DNA of 64,000 nt. Source: an uncultured candidatus Brocadiaceae bacterium (GTDB lineage: Bacteria; Planctomycetota; UBA1135; UBA2386). This document shows positions 53,388 through 62,389 of the stretch, piece by piece (within the stretch, counting starts at the first letter, position 1; every line of letters begins with the position of its first letter). The DNA is taken from NCBI GenBank assembly GCA_964418595.1, contig CAYQMF010000001.1, forward strand, positions 92,258 through 156,257, given 5' to 3'. The position numbers and the translations under genes were made by a program. The notes beneath the pieces are model-generated. The model did not search any database, was not told the origin of the DNA, and worked only from the letters and a program-made list of their open reading frames with translations.

Positions 53388-55285
53388 TCGTCGACGCGTT
53401 CCTCGCCGCGCTGGTGCTGCTCGACCTCCTGTTCATCCACGTCACTGGCATCGTCCCGGGCGCGTGGAGCGCCGGCTTCGCCGCGGTGATCGTCGCCGCA
53501 CCGTGGGTCCGCCGTCTCGCCGAGCGGCTGGCGTGGCGGATCGCGTGGGATCTCGTCGTCATCGTGCTGTTCGCGAGCCTCGTCCTGCGCACCGTGCAGC
53601 ACGGGGTGGAGCGCATGCTCGAGAGCGGCTTGATCCTGGCGATGTTCTGCCAGGTCCACCTGGTAAACAACCTCTCGCGTCGACAGCGACCCGACCTGCT
53701 GCTCTTCAACTCCTTCGTCATCGCGGTGATCACCGCGTTCTTCGCGCAGGAGGTGTCGTACTGCGCCGTGTTCGTGGCCTACGCCTACACGTTCACGATC
53801 ACCTGGAAGCTGGTCGCGTGGCGCGACGCTCCCGACTCGCGCCTGGGGCCGCTCCTGCGCGCGAGCGTTCGGCAGGCGACCTGCGTGCTCGCGGTGACCG
53901 GAGCCGTGTTCCTGTTCTGGCCACGCGACTTCGAACGGGAAGGCCTCGTCACCACGAGTCTGTTGCGGGCACGCCAGGGGAGCGGCGATCTGGCGGACCA
54001 CATCGGCATGCAACGCCAGGGCGGACTGCAGAGCGACCAGATCATCATGCGCATCCACGGCGAGGCGCCCGTGCCCGCCCACTGGCGGACCACGACCTTC
54101 CAGGTGTTCGACGCGGCCGGGTGGCACGCAGACCGCGCGCTGCAGGCCGATCGGCGCCGGGGTGAAGGACCGTTGTGGCGGGCGCAGGGTGCCGGCACGT
54201 GGCTGCGTCCGGGGTGCGAAGGCGACGCGTCGTTCGAAGTGGAATGCGCAGCGAGCGGCGGCCGCGTCCCCCTGCCCCTCGGCGCCAGTCTCGTCGCGCT
54301 GGATCCCGTGACCGGGGATGTGCCGCACATGCCGCTGGCCGATGGGACCATCGCGATGTTCGGCGTACCGTCGCCGCTGCGCTACACCGCCGAGTGCGGG
54401 CTCGCGGTGCAGAAGGCAGGTGGCCGGTTCGCTCGCGAGGAGCGCGCACGGCTCGCGCCGTGGCTCGGTCTGTGGCGCGGCCCGGCGCAGCGGACGGCGC
54501 AGGATCTGGCGATGGCGTTGCGTGCCGGTCTCCCCGAAGACGTCGATCAGGTGACGCTCGTCGAAGAGCTGCGCTCGCACCTCGAGACGGAGTTCACGTA
54601 CGGGCTGCCTGGCAAGGCCGGGAGCGCGCGCACGCTCGACGAGTTCTTCAGGTCGCGGCGCGGACACTGCGAGTTCTTCGCGAGCGCGCTCGCCCTCATG
54701 CTCCGCAGCGTCGATGTCCCGTGTCGAGTGGTGGGCGGCTTCCTCGCGGTCGAGTCCGACGACAACGGCAGGGTCCTCGTCCGCGCGCGGCACGCGCACG
54801 CCTGGGTCGAAGTGCTCGACCCACGCGCCGGCTGGACGACCATCGATCCGACCCCGGCGGGGCTGGACGAGCGCAGCGCCGACGACGACGGCGGCCTCCT
54901 CGCCACCCTGCGCGCGGCGTGGCGCCGCGTCGCGGACTTCAGCGGGGCGGATCGCCGCTCGGCCCTCGCCTTCATCGCCGATCTGCCGGCGCGGGGTGTG
55001 CGCATGGCATCGACCCACCCCGTGGCCGGGCTCCTGCTGGCGGCGGCACTCGCGCTCGGGTTGGTCGTGCGTCGGCGCCCGCGCGCACCGCTCGCGGTGC
55101 GTGCCTACTGCCGGCTCGTGCGTCGGCTGCGCCTCCCGCGCCTGCCCGGCGAGACGCCGCGGCAGCGGCTGGCCCGGGCGCGCGCCCAAGGGCTCGACGC
55201 GCCGGCGCTCGCATCGCTCGAGAAGGCCACGCACGCGCACGAGTGCGCGCGCTACCGGCGTGAGCGCGCTGTGCCCAGCAAGTAG
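53384..55285 (+). CDS. Polytopic membrane protein with transglutaminase-like cysteine protease core
   Basis: The GTG at 53384 overlaps the DUF58 stop (GTGA). It has N-terminal TM segments. The Cys-His-Asp triad context is RRGHCEFFAS ... HAWVEV ... IDPT. Confidence 0.85.
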   Translation: MIVDAFLAALVLLDLLFIHVTGIVPGAWSAGFAAVIVAAPWVRRLAERLAWRIAWDLVVIVLFASLVLRTVQHGVERMLESGLILAMFCQVHLVNNLSRRQRPDLLLFNSFVIAVITAFFAQEVSYCAVFVAYAYTFTITWKLVAWRDAPDSRLGPLLRASVRQATCVLAVTGAVFLFWPRDFEREGLVTTSLLRARQGSGDLADHIGMQRQGGLQSDQIIMRIHGEAPVPAHWRTTTFQVFDAAGWHADRALQADRRRGEGPLWRAQGAGTWLRPGCEGDASFEVECAASGGRVPLPLGASLVALDPVTGDVPHMPLADGTIAMFGVPSPLRYTAECGLAVQKAGGRFAREERARLAPWLGLWRGPAQRTAQDLAMALRAGLPEDVDQVTLVEELRSHLETEFTYGLPGKAGSARTLDEFFRSRRGHCEFFASALALMLRSVDVPCRVVGGFLAVESDDNGRVLVRARHAHAWVEVLDPRAGWTTIDPTPAGLDERSADDDGGLLATLRAAWRRVADFSGADRRSALAFIADLPARGVRMASTHPVAGLLLAAALALGLVVRRRPRAPLAVRAYCRLVRRLRLPRLPGETPRQRLARARAQGLDAPALASLEKATHAHECARYRRERAVPSK

Positions 55286-56628
55286 GCCAGGAGCGCCGCC
55301 CCCAGCGAGCACAGGAACGGGTGCGACTCGACCCACGGCAGGGCCTCGAGGTGCAGGTACTTCAGGCTCCAGGTGATCGCCCCGGCCGCCATCGCGAGCA
55401 GCGCGCTGCGGGCGTTGCCGACGCGGGTGAAGAGGCCGAAGACCACGCTCACCACGATCCCACTGCTGCCGAATCCGGACGACTCCTCGATCAGCTCGAA
55501 CACGGTCTCCGCTTCGAGCGCGAGCAGCCACGCCACGAGACCGAGGCCGACGACCGAGAGGCGTGCCGTCCACACGCGCGTGCGCTCGCTCACGGTCCGC
55601 CCGGCGAGGATCAGGTTGCGCGACAGGAACGATGCCGCGACGAGCATCGCGCTGTCGATGGTGGAGAGGATCGCCGAGACCAGCGCACCGGCGAACACCA
55701 CGAAACCGAACTGGGTCATGCGCGAGCGCGCCAGCTCCGGCAGGAATTGCTCCGGTTCGTCGACGCCGGGCAGCAGCGCCGGCCCCAGTAGTCCCAGCAG
55801 GACCGGGATCGCACCCACCGCCAGGTAGATTCCGCCGCCTACGAACATCGCGCGGCGCGCGACCCCGACGCTGCGCGCGGCGAGCGCCCGCGACAGGATC
55901 TCCGGCGCGAGCACGGAGCCGCAGATCGGCAAGGCCCACGCCTCGAACACGTCGAGCCACGGCGGCTGCTGGCCGCCGATGAGTTGCACACGGTCCGGGT
56001 CGAGCTTCGCGAACAGCTCGCCGACGCCGCCGATTTCGAGCGTGACGGCGCCGAACAGCCAGAGCAGCCCGACCACCAGCACGATGCCCTGGATGAGGTC
56101 GGTGATGATGTCGGCGAGCAGGCCGCCGAGCATCGTGTAGAGCACCGAGAGTACCGCGGCGATCGCGATGCCGGTGCCGAGGTCGAAGCCCGACACCGAG
56201 CCGAGCACATGCCCGAACGCGCGGATCTGCGCCGCTGCCCAGAACACGGAGGTCGGGATGATGAGCAGCGCGGCCAGACGCTCGACGCCAGGGCCGAACC
56301 GGGCACGCAGCCAGTCGGCCAGGGTCGTGACCCGCGTCCGCCACAGCGCGGCCGCGAACAGGAAGCCGGTGACCAGCAGGCATGCCCCGTACGCGAACGG
56401 TTCGACGCTGGTACGCGTGATGCCGTCGACGTACGTGCTCCCGGCCGCGCTGACGCAGGTCTCCGCCCCGAACCAGGTCGCGAACACCGACATCGAGCAG
56501 AGCAACAGCCCGATCCGCCGACCGGCGACCAGGTAGTCGTCTTCGGTGCGGATCCGACGCGCGACCAGGGCACCGATGACGAGCTGCAGCCCGACGTACG
56601 CCAGGAGGCCGAGCAGCGCGACGTTCAT
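55252..56628 (-). CDS. Sodium:solute symporter (SSF) family transporter
   Basis: ATG at 56628 (MNVALLGLLAYVGLQLVIG...). The protein is ~13-TM with DYLVAGRRIGL and FATWFGAETC motifs. Its 3' end overlaps the convergent transglutaminase gene by 34 nt. Confidence 0.85.
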   Translation of the reverse strand: MNVALLGLLAYVGLQLVIGALVARRIRTEDDYLVAGRRIGLLLCSMSVFATWFGAETCVSAAGSTYVDGITRTSVEPFAYGACLLVTGFLFAAALWRTRVTTLADWLRARFGPGVERLAALLIIPTSVFWAAAQIRAFGHVLGSVSGFDLGTGIAIAAVLSVLYTMLGGLLADIITDLIQGIVLVVGLLWLFGAVTLEIGGVGELFAKLDPDRVQLIGGQQPPWLDVFEAWALPICGSVLAPEILSRALAARSVGVARRAMFVGGGIYLAVGAIPVLLGLLGPALLPGVDEPEQFLPELARSRMTQFGFVVFAGALVSAILSTIDSAMLVAASFLSRNLILAGRTVSERTRVWTARLSVVGLGLVAWLLALEAETVFELIEESSGFGSSGIVVSVVFGLFTRVGNARSALLAMAAGAITWSLKYLHLEALPWVESHPFLCSLGAALLAYLLGTARSRR

Positions 56629-56641
56629 CGAAGGCGGCCCG

Positions 56642-57442
56642 TCACGGGAGCCACCGTGGCCGGCGCTTCTCCAGGAACGCACTCATGCCTTCGCGTGCCT
56701 CCGACGTCGCGCGCAACTCGGCGATCCAGCGTGACGTGGCCGGGATGGCGTCCTCGAGACTGAGTGCGCCGATCGCACGGATCAGCTCCTTGGCGCTCGC
56801 GACCGCCGCCGGCCCGGACGACAGGAGCTGATCGACGACCCCCTGCACGGCGACGTCGAGGTCGGCGGCAGGCACGGCGCGATGCACGAGACCGACGCGC
56901 TCGGCCTCCGTTCCGTCGAAGCGTTCGCCGGTGAGGAAGAGCGTGCGCGCGCGACCCACGCCGATCTTCTGCATGACGAAGGGCGAGATCACCGCCGGCA
57001 CGATGCCGAGCTTCACCTCCGTGAGCCCGAAGACGGTGTCCTGCGTGCAGATGGCGATGTCTGAGGCCGCGGCGAGACCGGTGCCGCCGCCCAACGCGTG
57101 GCCGTGGATCCGGGCGACGACCGGTTTCGCGCAGCGCGCGATGGCGAGGAACATGCGCGCCATCGCTTCGGCACCGCGCGCGTTCGCTTCCGCGGACAGC
57201 GCCGCCTGCTCCTGCATCCACGCGAGATCGGCGCCGGCGCTGAAGCTGCGGCCGTTGCCGGACAGCACGACGACGCGGGTCTGGCTGTCGGCGCTGGCCG
57301 CCGCGAACGCCGCGCTCAGCTCCTCCACCACCGTGCCGTTGAATGCGTTGCGCACGTCGGGCCGGTTCAGGCGCACGTGCAGCACGGCGCCCGCGTGGGC
57401 GACGTCCAGAGTCCGATGGCTGGCGGCAGTCATGGGCTGCAA
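56642..57442 (-). CDS. Enoyl-CoA hydratase/isomerase (crotonase) family, methylglutaconyl-CoA hydratase-like
   Basis: LNRPDVRNAF, GNGRSFSAGADL, GHALGGGTGLAAASDI and FGLTEVKLGIVP are crotonase-fold motifs. Confidence 0.9.
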   Translation of the reverse strand: MQPMTAASHRTLDVAHAGAVLHVRLNRPDVRNAFNGTVVEELSAAFAAASADSQTRVVVLSGNGRSFSAGADLAWMQEQAALSAEANARGAEAMARMFLAIARCAKPVVARIHGHALGGGTGLAAASDIAICTQDTVFGLTEVKLGIVPAVISPFVMQKIGVGRARTLFLTGERFDGTEAERVGLVHRAVPAADLDVAVQGVVDQLLSSGPAAVASAKELIRAIGALSLEDAIPATSRWIAELRATSEAREGMSAFLEKRRPRWLP

Positions 57443-57606
57443 GGGTCGCGCATCGCCGCGGCGCGCGCAAACCTGGCGAGGTCACAATCTCGCCAATGCC
57501 GTGGCATTCGCCACGCCCGAGCGGCCCTGGAAGCCCCGACGCGGAGGGTTGCCGCCGCCGGCCGCGATGCGCGCATACAGAAGCGCCCGCCCCGAGAACA
57601 TGAAAG

Positions 57607-57634
57607 GGGTCCGGACCAGCAAGGATCCGGACCC
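57607..57634 (-). terminator. Rho-independent-type terminator downstream of the 57699..58460 gene
   Basis: The minus strand reads GGGTCCGGA-(10 nt loop)-TCCGGACCC, a 9-bp perfect stem, followed by CTTTCATGTTCTC. It lies 64 nt after the stop codon. Confidence 0.5.
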
Positions 57635-57698
57635 ACGCCCTGCTCTCAGCCTCCCTGTTCCCGTCGACGGCGCGAGCGCGCGCCGGGCGACTCTTCGA

Positions 57699-58460
57699 TC
57701 AGTCGATGGCGCCGGCCGTGGACTCGGCCTTCGCGAAGGCGACCTTGCGGATGCTCACCTCGATCGCACCAGAAGCCTCCCCGAGGTCGGCGCTGGCGCG
57801 CAGCGTCTCGAGGACGGTCAGGTGGCGCATGGCGGGGTCCGGCTCCATGAGTTCGTAGCGCAGCTCGATGCGATCAGCGGCGTCGATGCGGGCGGCGAGC
57901 CGCAAGGCGTAACCCGTGGTCGGAACGCGCACGGCGAGGTGCAGATGGATCTGCGGCGGCAGGCTGTCGGTGGCCGACAGCTCGGCCCGGACGTCGTACT
58001 CGCCCGACAACGCGTTGCTGACCTTCAGCTCCGGCGCGCGATCGGCCGGGCGCCGCAGTTCCTCGATCGGCGAGACGTCGACGCGCCCGTCGGGTCGGAG
58101 CTGGAGGGCGCGCAGGAGGATCGGCGCCGGCTGGCGCACGCCGTCGTCCGGCGGCAGGGGCAGCACCAGGCGGCCGGCGGCATCGAGCGCGCCGCCGCCG
58201 AAGAGCACGTCCACCGGCGCCATGTCCGCGTCGCCGATGATGGTGCGGGGGCGGAGGAACACGGCCACCATCGCGTGCGCCGTGCCGGTGACCGTGATCC
58301 GCTCGGCGTCGACGCGCAGCACGGGCGCCACCCAGGCGCCCCCATCGACACCGACGACATCGGCCTTGACGGGCGCACGGTCGGCATCGCCATCGGCCTG
58401 CGCGAACGCGGCCGGCACCAGCAGGAGGGGGATCAGGAACACTCGGGCTTCGATCTTCAC
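57699..58460 (-). CDS. Secreted hypothetical protein
   Basis: The GTG at 58460 is preceded by GGAGAG. The signal peptide is VKIEARVFLIPLLLVPAAFAQ. I recognise no family. The track ORF starts at 58502. Confidence 0.6.
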   Translation of the reverse strand: MKIEARVFLIPLLLVPAAFAQADGDADRAPVKADVVGVDGGAWVAPVLRVDAERITVTGTAHAMVAVFLRPRTIIGDADMAPVDVLFGGGALDAAGRLVLPLPPDDGVRQPAPILLRALQLRPDGRVDVSPIEELRRPADRAPELKVSNALSGEYDVRAELSATDSLPPQIHLHLAVRVPTTGYALRLAARIDAADRIELRYELMEPDPAMRHLTVLETLRASADLGEASGAIEVSIRKVAFAKAESTAGAID

Positions 58461-58548
58461 TGGACTCTCCGGGGTTGTTGTCGCCGGCGATCGTGCCGGC
58501 ACACACCTAGCGCGAGCGCCGCGCGCAACCGCAACCCGAAGTCGCAGA

Positions 58549-59673
58549 TCAGAGCCCGGCCTGAAGCGCCAGTGCCGCGAACGCGGTGTCCGCCACCACG
58601 AGGTACGCCTGACCGAGGAAGTCGCAGAACGAACCGTCGGCGCGCTGGGTCTTGACGACGTGGGTGCGCAACCGGGCGCGCAAGCTCTCGCGCTCCGCCT
58701 CCGGCAGCAGCTCGATGGCGAGCGCCGCGTAGTAGTGGCCGAAGAAGTAGAAGTAGCCGGCGTTGGCGTAGTACGCCTCGTGCGGGATCGGACGCATCCG
58801 CGCGACGTCGAGGAAGCGGTGCTCGGTGAAGAAGGCCTCGAGGCCGGCCCGCACGGTAGCGAGGTCGAGACTCTTGTCGTCGGCGCGGATGCGGGCCCAG
58901 TTGCACACCTGGGTCCGGCCGAGGCTGCCCTTCACCCGGTTGATGTGCTCGCCGCCGGTGATGCGTGGCACCGGACTGAGGTCGTACTCGTACGCTCCGC
59001 CGGGGAGCGCGCAGCGCTGCACGTAGGCGAGCGCCCGCTCGACGGGAGCGCGGTCGGTGAGCCAGCCGAGCCGCTCGGCCGCGATGAGCGACGGCAGGAC
59101 GGCGGCCGTGCAGAAGCTCGTCGACCACGTGGGGCGCCGCGAGAACGGCTTGAGGTCGTAGTAGGCGAAGCCGCCGGCAGGCGATTCGTTGTCCAGCAGG
59201 CGCGCGAGAAACTCCTTGCCGCGGGCCGCGAGGGCTTGCTGCTCCGGCTCCGTGAGGCGAGGGTGGTCGGCCGCGTGGGTGCAGACGATGGTGCCGTACA
59301 GGTAGGCCCAGACCGCGTCGTTGTCCCAGTCGCTGCCGCGCAGTGGCATGCGGGCCGCGATGAGCCACTGCACGGCCCGCCGCAGCGCCGCGTCGCGCTC
59401 CGGGGTCGACGGCACTTCGAGCAGCGCGAGCAGCGCGAGCTGGTGCGCACCGACCTGCCACGCGTAGAACGACTCGACCGCGTAGTGCGAGTCCAGCAGG
59501 CCCTCCGTCGACGCGCGCGCCCAGGTTCCGTCCTCGCGCTGCGTCTGCACCAGGAAAGCCACCGCGCGGTCGCGCGCGGCCGCCGCGGCGGCGGCGTCGA
59601 CGGGCTCGGTCGCCGGCGCCGGCGGCGCGTCCTGCGGGAACGCGGACACGAGAAGGAGCGCGGTCAGCAGCAC
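58549..59673 (-). CDS. Exported alpha/alpha-toroid protein (prenyltransferase/squalene-cyclase-like repeats)
   Basis: The GTG at 59673 is preceded by AGGAG and begins 8 nt after the upstream stop. Repeated DG.W/GGF motifs include QTQREDGTWAR, ESPAGGFAYY, LPGGAYEYD and TQRADGSFCDF. Confidence 0.7.
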   Translation of the reverse strand: MLLTALLLVSAFPQDAPPAPATEPVDAAAAAAARDRAVAFLVQTQREDGTWARASTEGLLDSHYAVESFYAWQVGAHQLALLALLEVPSTPERDAALRRAVQWLIAARMPLRGSDWDNDAVWAYLYGTIVCTHAADHPRLTEPEQQALAARGKEFLARLLDNESPAGGFAYYDLKPFSRRPTWSTSFCTAAVLPSLIAAERLGWLTDRAPVERALAYVQRCALPGGAYEYDLSPVPRITGGEHINRVKGSLGRTQVCNWARIRADDKSLDLATVRAGLEAFFTEHRFLDVARMRPIPHEAYYANAGYFYFFGHYYAALAIELLPEAERESLRARLRTHVVKTQRADGSFCDFLGQAYLVVADTAFAALALQAGL

Positions 59674-59680
59674 GGGGCGG

Positions 59681-60322
59681 TCACTCCTGTGCCTGGGCCT
59701 TGGCCAACGCGTTGGTCGCCGTGAGCACGTCACGCTCGCTCTTCAGCTTGGCCAGGGCCAGACCACGCTCGGCCTTGGCCAGAGCGCGGCGACGGTCGGC
59801 CACCTTGCCCTCGAGTTCCTTCACCTTCGCCACGTGTTCGATCTCCTGCTTCGCCGCGAGCGCGGCCTTGCTGAGGGCCAACCGTCGCTCCGCGACCTCG
59901 ACCTGCCGCCGGCCGCGCTGGAGCACCAGCTCCTTGGTCATCGCGGCGAACTGGTCGGCCTTGTACATCGCCTCGAGCTCCGCGAGTTCGGCGCGCGCTT
60001 CCTCGGAGCGGTAGACCGCCTCGTCGTGCGAGAGGCGCGCGTTCTCCAGTTCGTGAGGCGCGGTCCGCTCGACGAACGCAGCGAGTTCACGCTCGGCATC
60101 GGCCAGCTCCGTCTGCGCCTTCGCGATCTCGGCCTGGGCGTCGACGAGCTGCTGCTCGCGCTCCGTCTCGGCGATGACGAGGGCGACCCGCGCTTCCGCG
60201 ATCGACCGTTCCTTCTCGGCCGGAGCGGACTTGGGTGCGGGCGAGCCGTCGGTCGGCACCCCCGAACAGCCGAGGGCACCGAAGAGCAGGAGGGGGACGA
60301 CGACGCGGTGCAGCGCGAGCAT
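59681..60322 (-). CDS. Coiled-coil lipoprotein
   Basis: The lipobox reads MLALHRVVVPLLLFGALGCSG. The rest consists of long A/E/K/R/L heptad-like helices reminiscent of periplasmic adaptor hairpins. Confidence 0.7.
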   Translation of the reverse strand: MLALHRVVVPLLLFGALGCSGVPTDGSPAPKSAPAEKERSIAEARVALVIAETEREQQLVDAQAEIAKAQTELADAERELAAFVERTAPHELENARLSHDEAVYRSEEARAELAELEAMYKADQFAAMTKELVLQRGRRQVEVAERRLALSKAALAAKQEIEHVAKVKELEGKVADRRRALAKAERGLALAKLKSERDVLTATNALAKAQAQE

Positions 60323-60404
60323 GGCGCGGCAATCTAGCGATGGCGCGCGACCATTGCCTGCTTCGGGAACGATCCCTGGCCGTTGCGTGCGCGGCGTGGC
60401 GGCT

Positions 60405-62273
60405 TCAGAAGATGTAGACGCCGGTCGACTGGCTCAGGTACACGCTGCCCGCACTCGGCACGACGATGGCCTGGAACGCGACCTCGAGCCCGCGCAGGCC
60501 CGGATCGTCCGGCACCGGGAACCGCAATGCGCCGTGGCCCTGCAGCATCGGCGCCGGCAACGCGCCGAGCGGCAGCATCGCGGCGGGGTCGAGTTCGAGT
60601 TCGCCGAGACCGGTGATCGGCGTCGGCACCGTGAGGATGCGCGTGCCGAGGAAGAAGAACCCCGTGCCCGGACCCGGCCCCTGCACCCGCACGTCGATGT
60701 CGCTACCGCCCACGAAGACCCGATGGAAGTCCGGATACTGCCAGAGCGTGAGCACGTCCGGGTCGGCGGAGAAGCCGTAGATCGCATTGGGAAGGTCGAG
60801 GCGGCCGCTCTCCGAGTTCGCCCGCCCGCCGATCGGCGCCTGCGGCAACGCCGTGCTCTCGATCCGCCCGTTGAAGGTGCCGAACCCCAGCGCGCGGGCG
60901 CCGGCCGTGTCGGTGACGGTCAACGTGGTGCGCCAGATCGCGATCTGTGGCACGCCGACGAGCGTCTCCGTCAACCAGCGCTCGCGGCGCGCGTCGTAGA
61001 CGAAGAGCGTCGCGCCATCGACCGCGGCGAGGATGGCGCTCGAGGCGTTCACCTGGGTGGTGGCCCCCACCCCTGCGGCCACGCGCGTGATGCGGCCCGT
61101 GCGACCGCTGAAGGCAGCCAACCCGGTCTGCGTGCGGAACAGCGCCGAGGTCTCACACAGCTCCGGCAGCAGGGGCAACGCGTCGGCAGGACCGTCGAAC
61201 CACCGGCCGAGCACCGCCGAGTACAGCTTGAACGCGCCACTCTGCGTCACCATCGACGCGACGGCGCGGGACACGGACGTGGTGCTGACCGCGCCGAGCA
61301 CGGTCGCGGTGGCACCGGTGATCGCGCTGAACGCGTGCACGCGATCGGGGAGCGACAGCAACACCGACGCGGCCCCGACTTGCACGATCGGGTTCGTGGC
61401 GCTCGGCAGCGCGATCCATTGGGCACGCACCGCGGAGTACGCCCAGCTCTGGCCGGTTCCGTCCGCGAGGTAGACGACCGTCTCGCTGAGCTGCGTCGTG
61501 GCGGACGGCGATGCGACCTGCGACGCGAAGGTGGACCGCAGGCCGCTGAAGGCAACCCACGTGCCCGCATCGGCGGCGAGCGCAAGATCATCGCCGTACG
61601 ACCAGCTCGGACTCGCGCCTGGAGCGGCGTGCGTCGCCCACGTGTTGCGCATCGCCGAGAAGCCGTGGATCGAGCTTCCAGCCAGCACGACGCCAGCGGT
61701 TCCCCCCGCGTGTACGTAGGTCCCGGCCGACGCGGCCTGCCGGGCAACCCAGTTGCCGTGGAAGGCCGACATCCCGAACAGGCTGGTACCGTCGACGACG
61801 AGCGCCGTGTGCCGTTCGACCTGCGCGATCGCATTGCCCCCGACCTGCAGCCGCGTCCACGCGCCCGCAAACGCGTTGAACGCCCAGATGTCGCCGCCAT
61901 CGCGGATGAGCCAGATCGAGTCGTTCTTCTGGTTCGCGGGGTTGATCAACTGCGCACCGCCGCTCAAGGTCACCGACTGCCACTCCCCGGTGTACGCGGA
62001 GAACGCGTGGAACGTGGGCATCGCCGTGGCCAACACCGAGTCGTTGCTCACGCGCACCGTGGCGCCGACCACGGGTCGGCTCGCCCAGCGGCGGGCGAAC
62101 CCGGAGTACGCGTGGACCTGCCCGCTCTCGACATACGAAATGACCTTGCCAAGGGACTGGATGTTGATGGTCTGCACGCCGCCGGGCACCGCGAGGGCTG
62201 TCCATGCGGGCTGGGTCTGCGCGCACGCGCCGGCGACCAGGAGCGTGGCGAGGAGACTGGGAATCGTGCGCAT
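60405..62273 (-). CDS. Secreted protein with 13 tandem ~37-aa repeats and C-terminal shared module
   Basis: ATG at 62273 (MRTIPSLLATLLVAGACAQ). The repeat anchor is h-(A/G)-(F/Y)-S-x-x-x-G-x-W. See the findings. Confidence 0.8.
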   Translation of the reverse strand: MRTIPSLLATLLVAGACAQTQPAWTALAVPGGVQTINIQSLGKVISYVESGQVHAYSGFARRWASRPVVGATVRVSNDSVLATAMPTFHAFSAYTGEWQSVTLSGGAQLINPANQKNDSIWLIRDGGDIWAFNAFAGAWTRLQVGGNAIAQVERHTALVVDGTSLFGMSAFHGNWVARQAASAGTYVHAGGTAGVVLAGSSIHGFSAMRNTWATHAAPGASPSWSYGDDLALAADAGTWVAFSGLRSTFASQVASPSATTQLSETVVYLADGTGQSWAYSAVRAQWIALPSATNPIVQVGAASVLLSLPDRVHAFSAITGATATVLGAVSTTSVSRAVASMVTQSGAFKLYSAVLGRWFDGPADALPLLPELCETSALFRTQTGLAAFSGRTGRITRVAAGVGATTQVNASSAILAAVDGATLFVYDARRERWLTETLVGVPQIAIWRTTLTVTDTAGARALGFGTFNGRIESTALPQAPIGGRANSESGRLDLPNAIYGFSADPDVLTLWQYPDFHRVFVGGSDIDVRVQGPGPGTGFFFLGTRILTVPTPITGLGELELDPAAMLPLGALPAPMLQGHGALRFPVPDDPGLRGLEVAFQAIVVPSAGSVYLSQSTGVYIF

Positions 62274-62389
62274 GGAATCGGCGACAGCGACGGTCGTGGC
62301 GAAGGGTGGCAGGGAAGTCTAGCGCGCGCGCGAGGCGCTGCGGCCCGCACCGGTGCACGGTGAACCGAACACAGAGCGCCCGGGCCCGC

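Noticed and set aside
62347-62389. The GC-rich palindrome GCACCGGTGC (62347-62356) and the hairpin GAGCG-8nt-CGCTC (62374-62391) after the CarboxypepD_reg gene, considered as a terminator or regulatory site.
   Set aside because: The stems are short with alternative pairings (GCCCGGGC) and only a weak T-tract follows. Such 10-bp GC palindromes are expected by chance in this composition.
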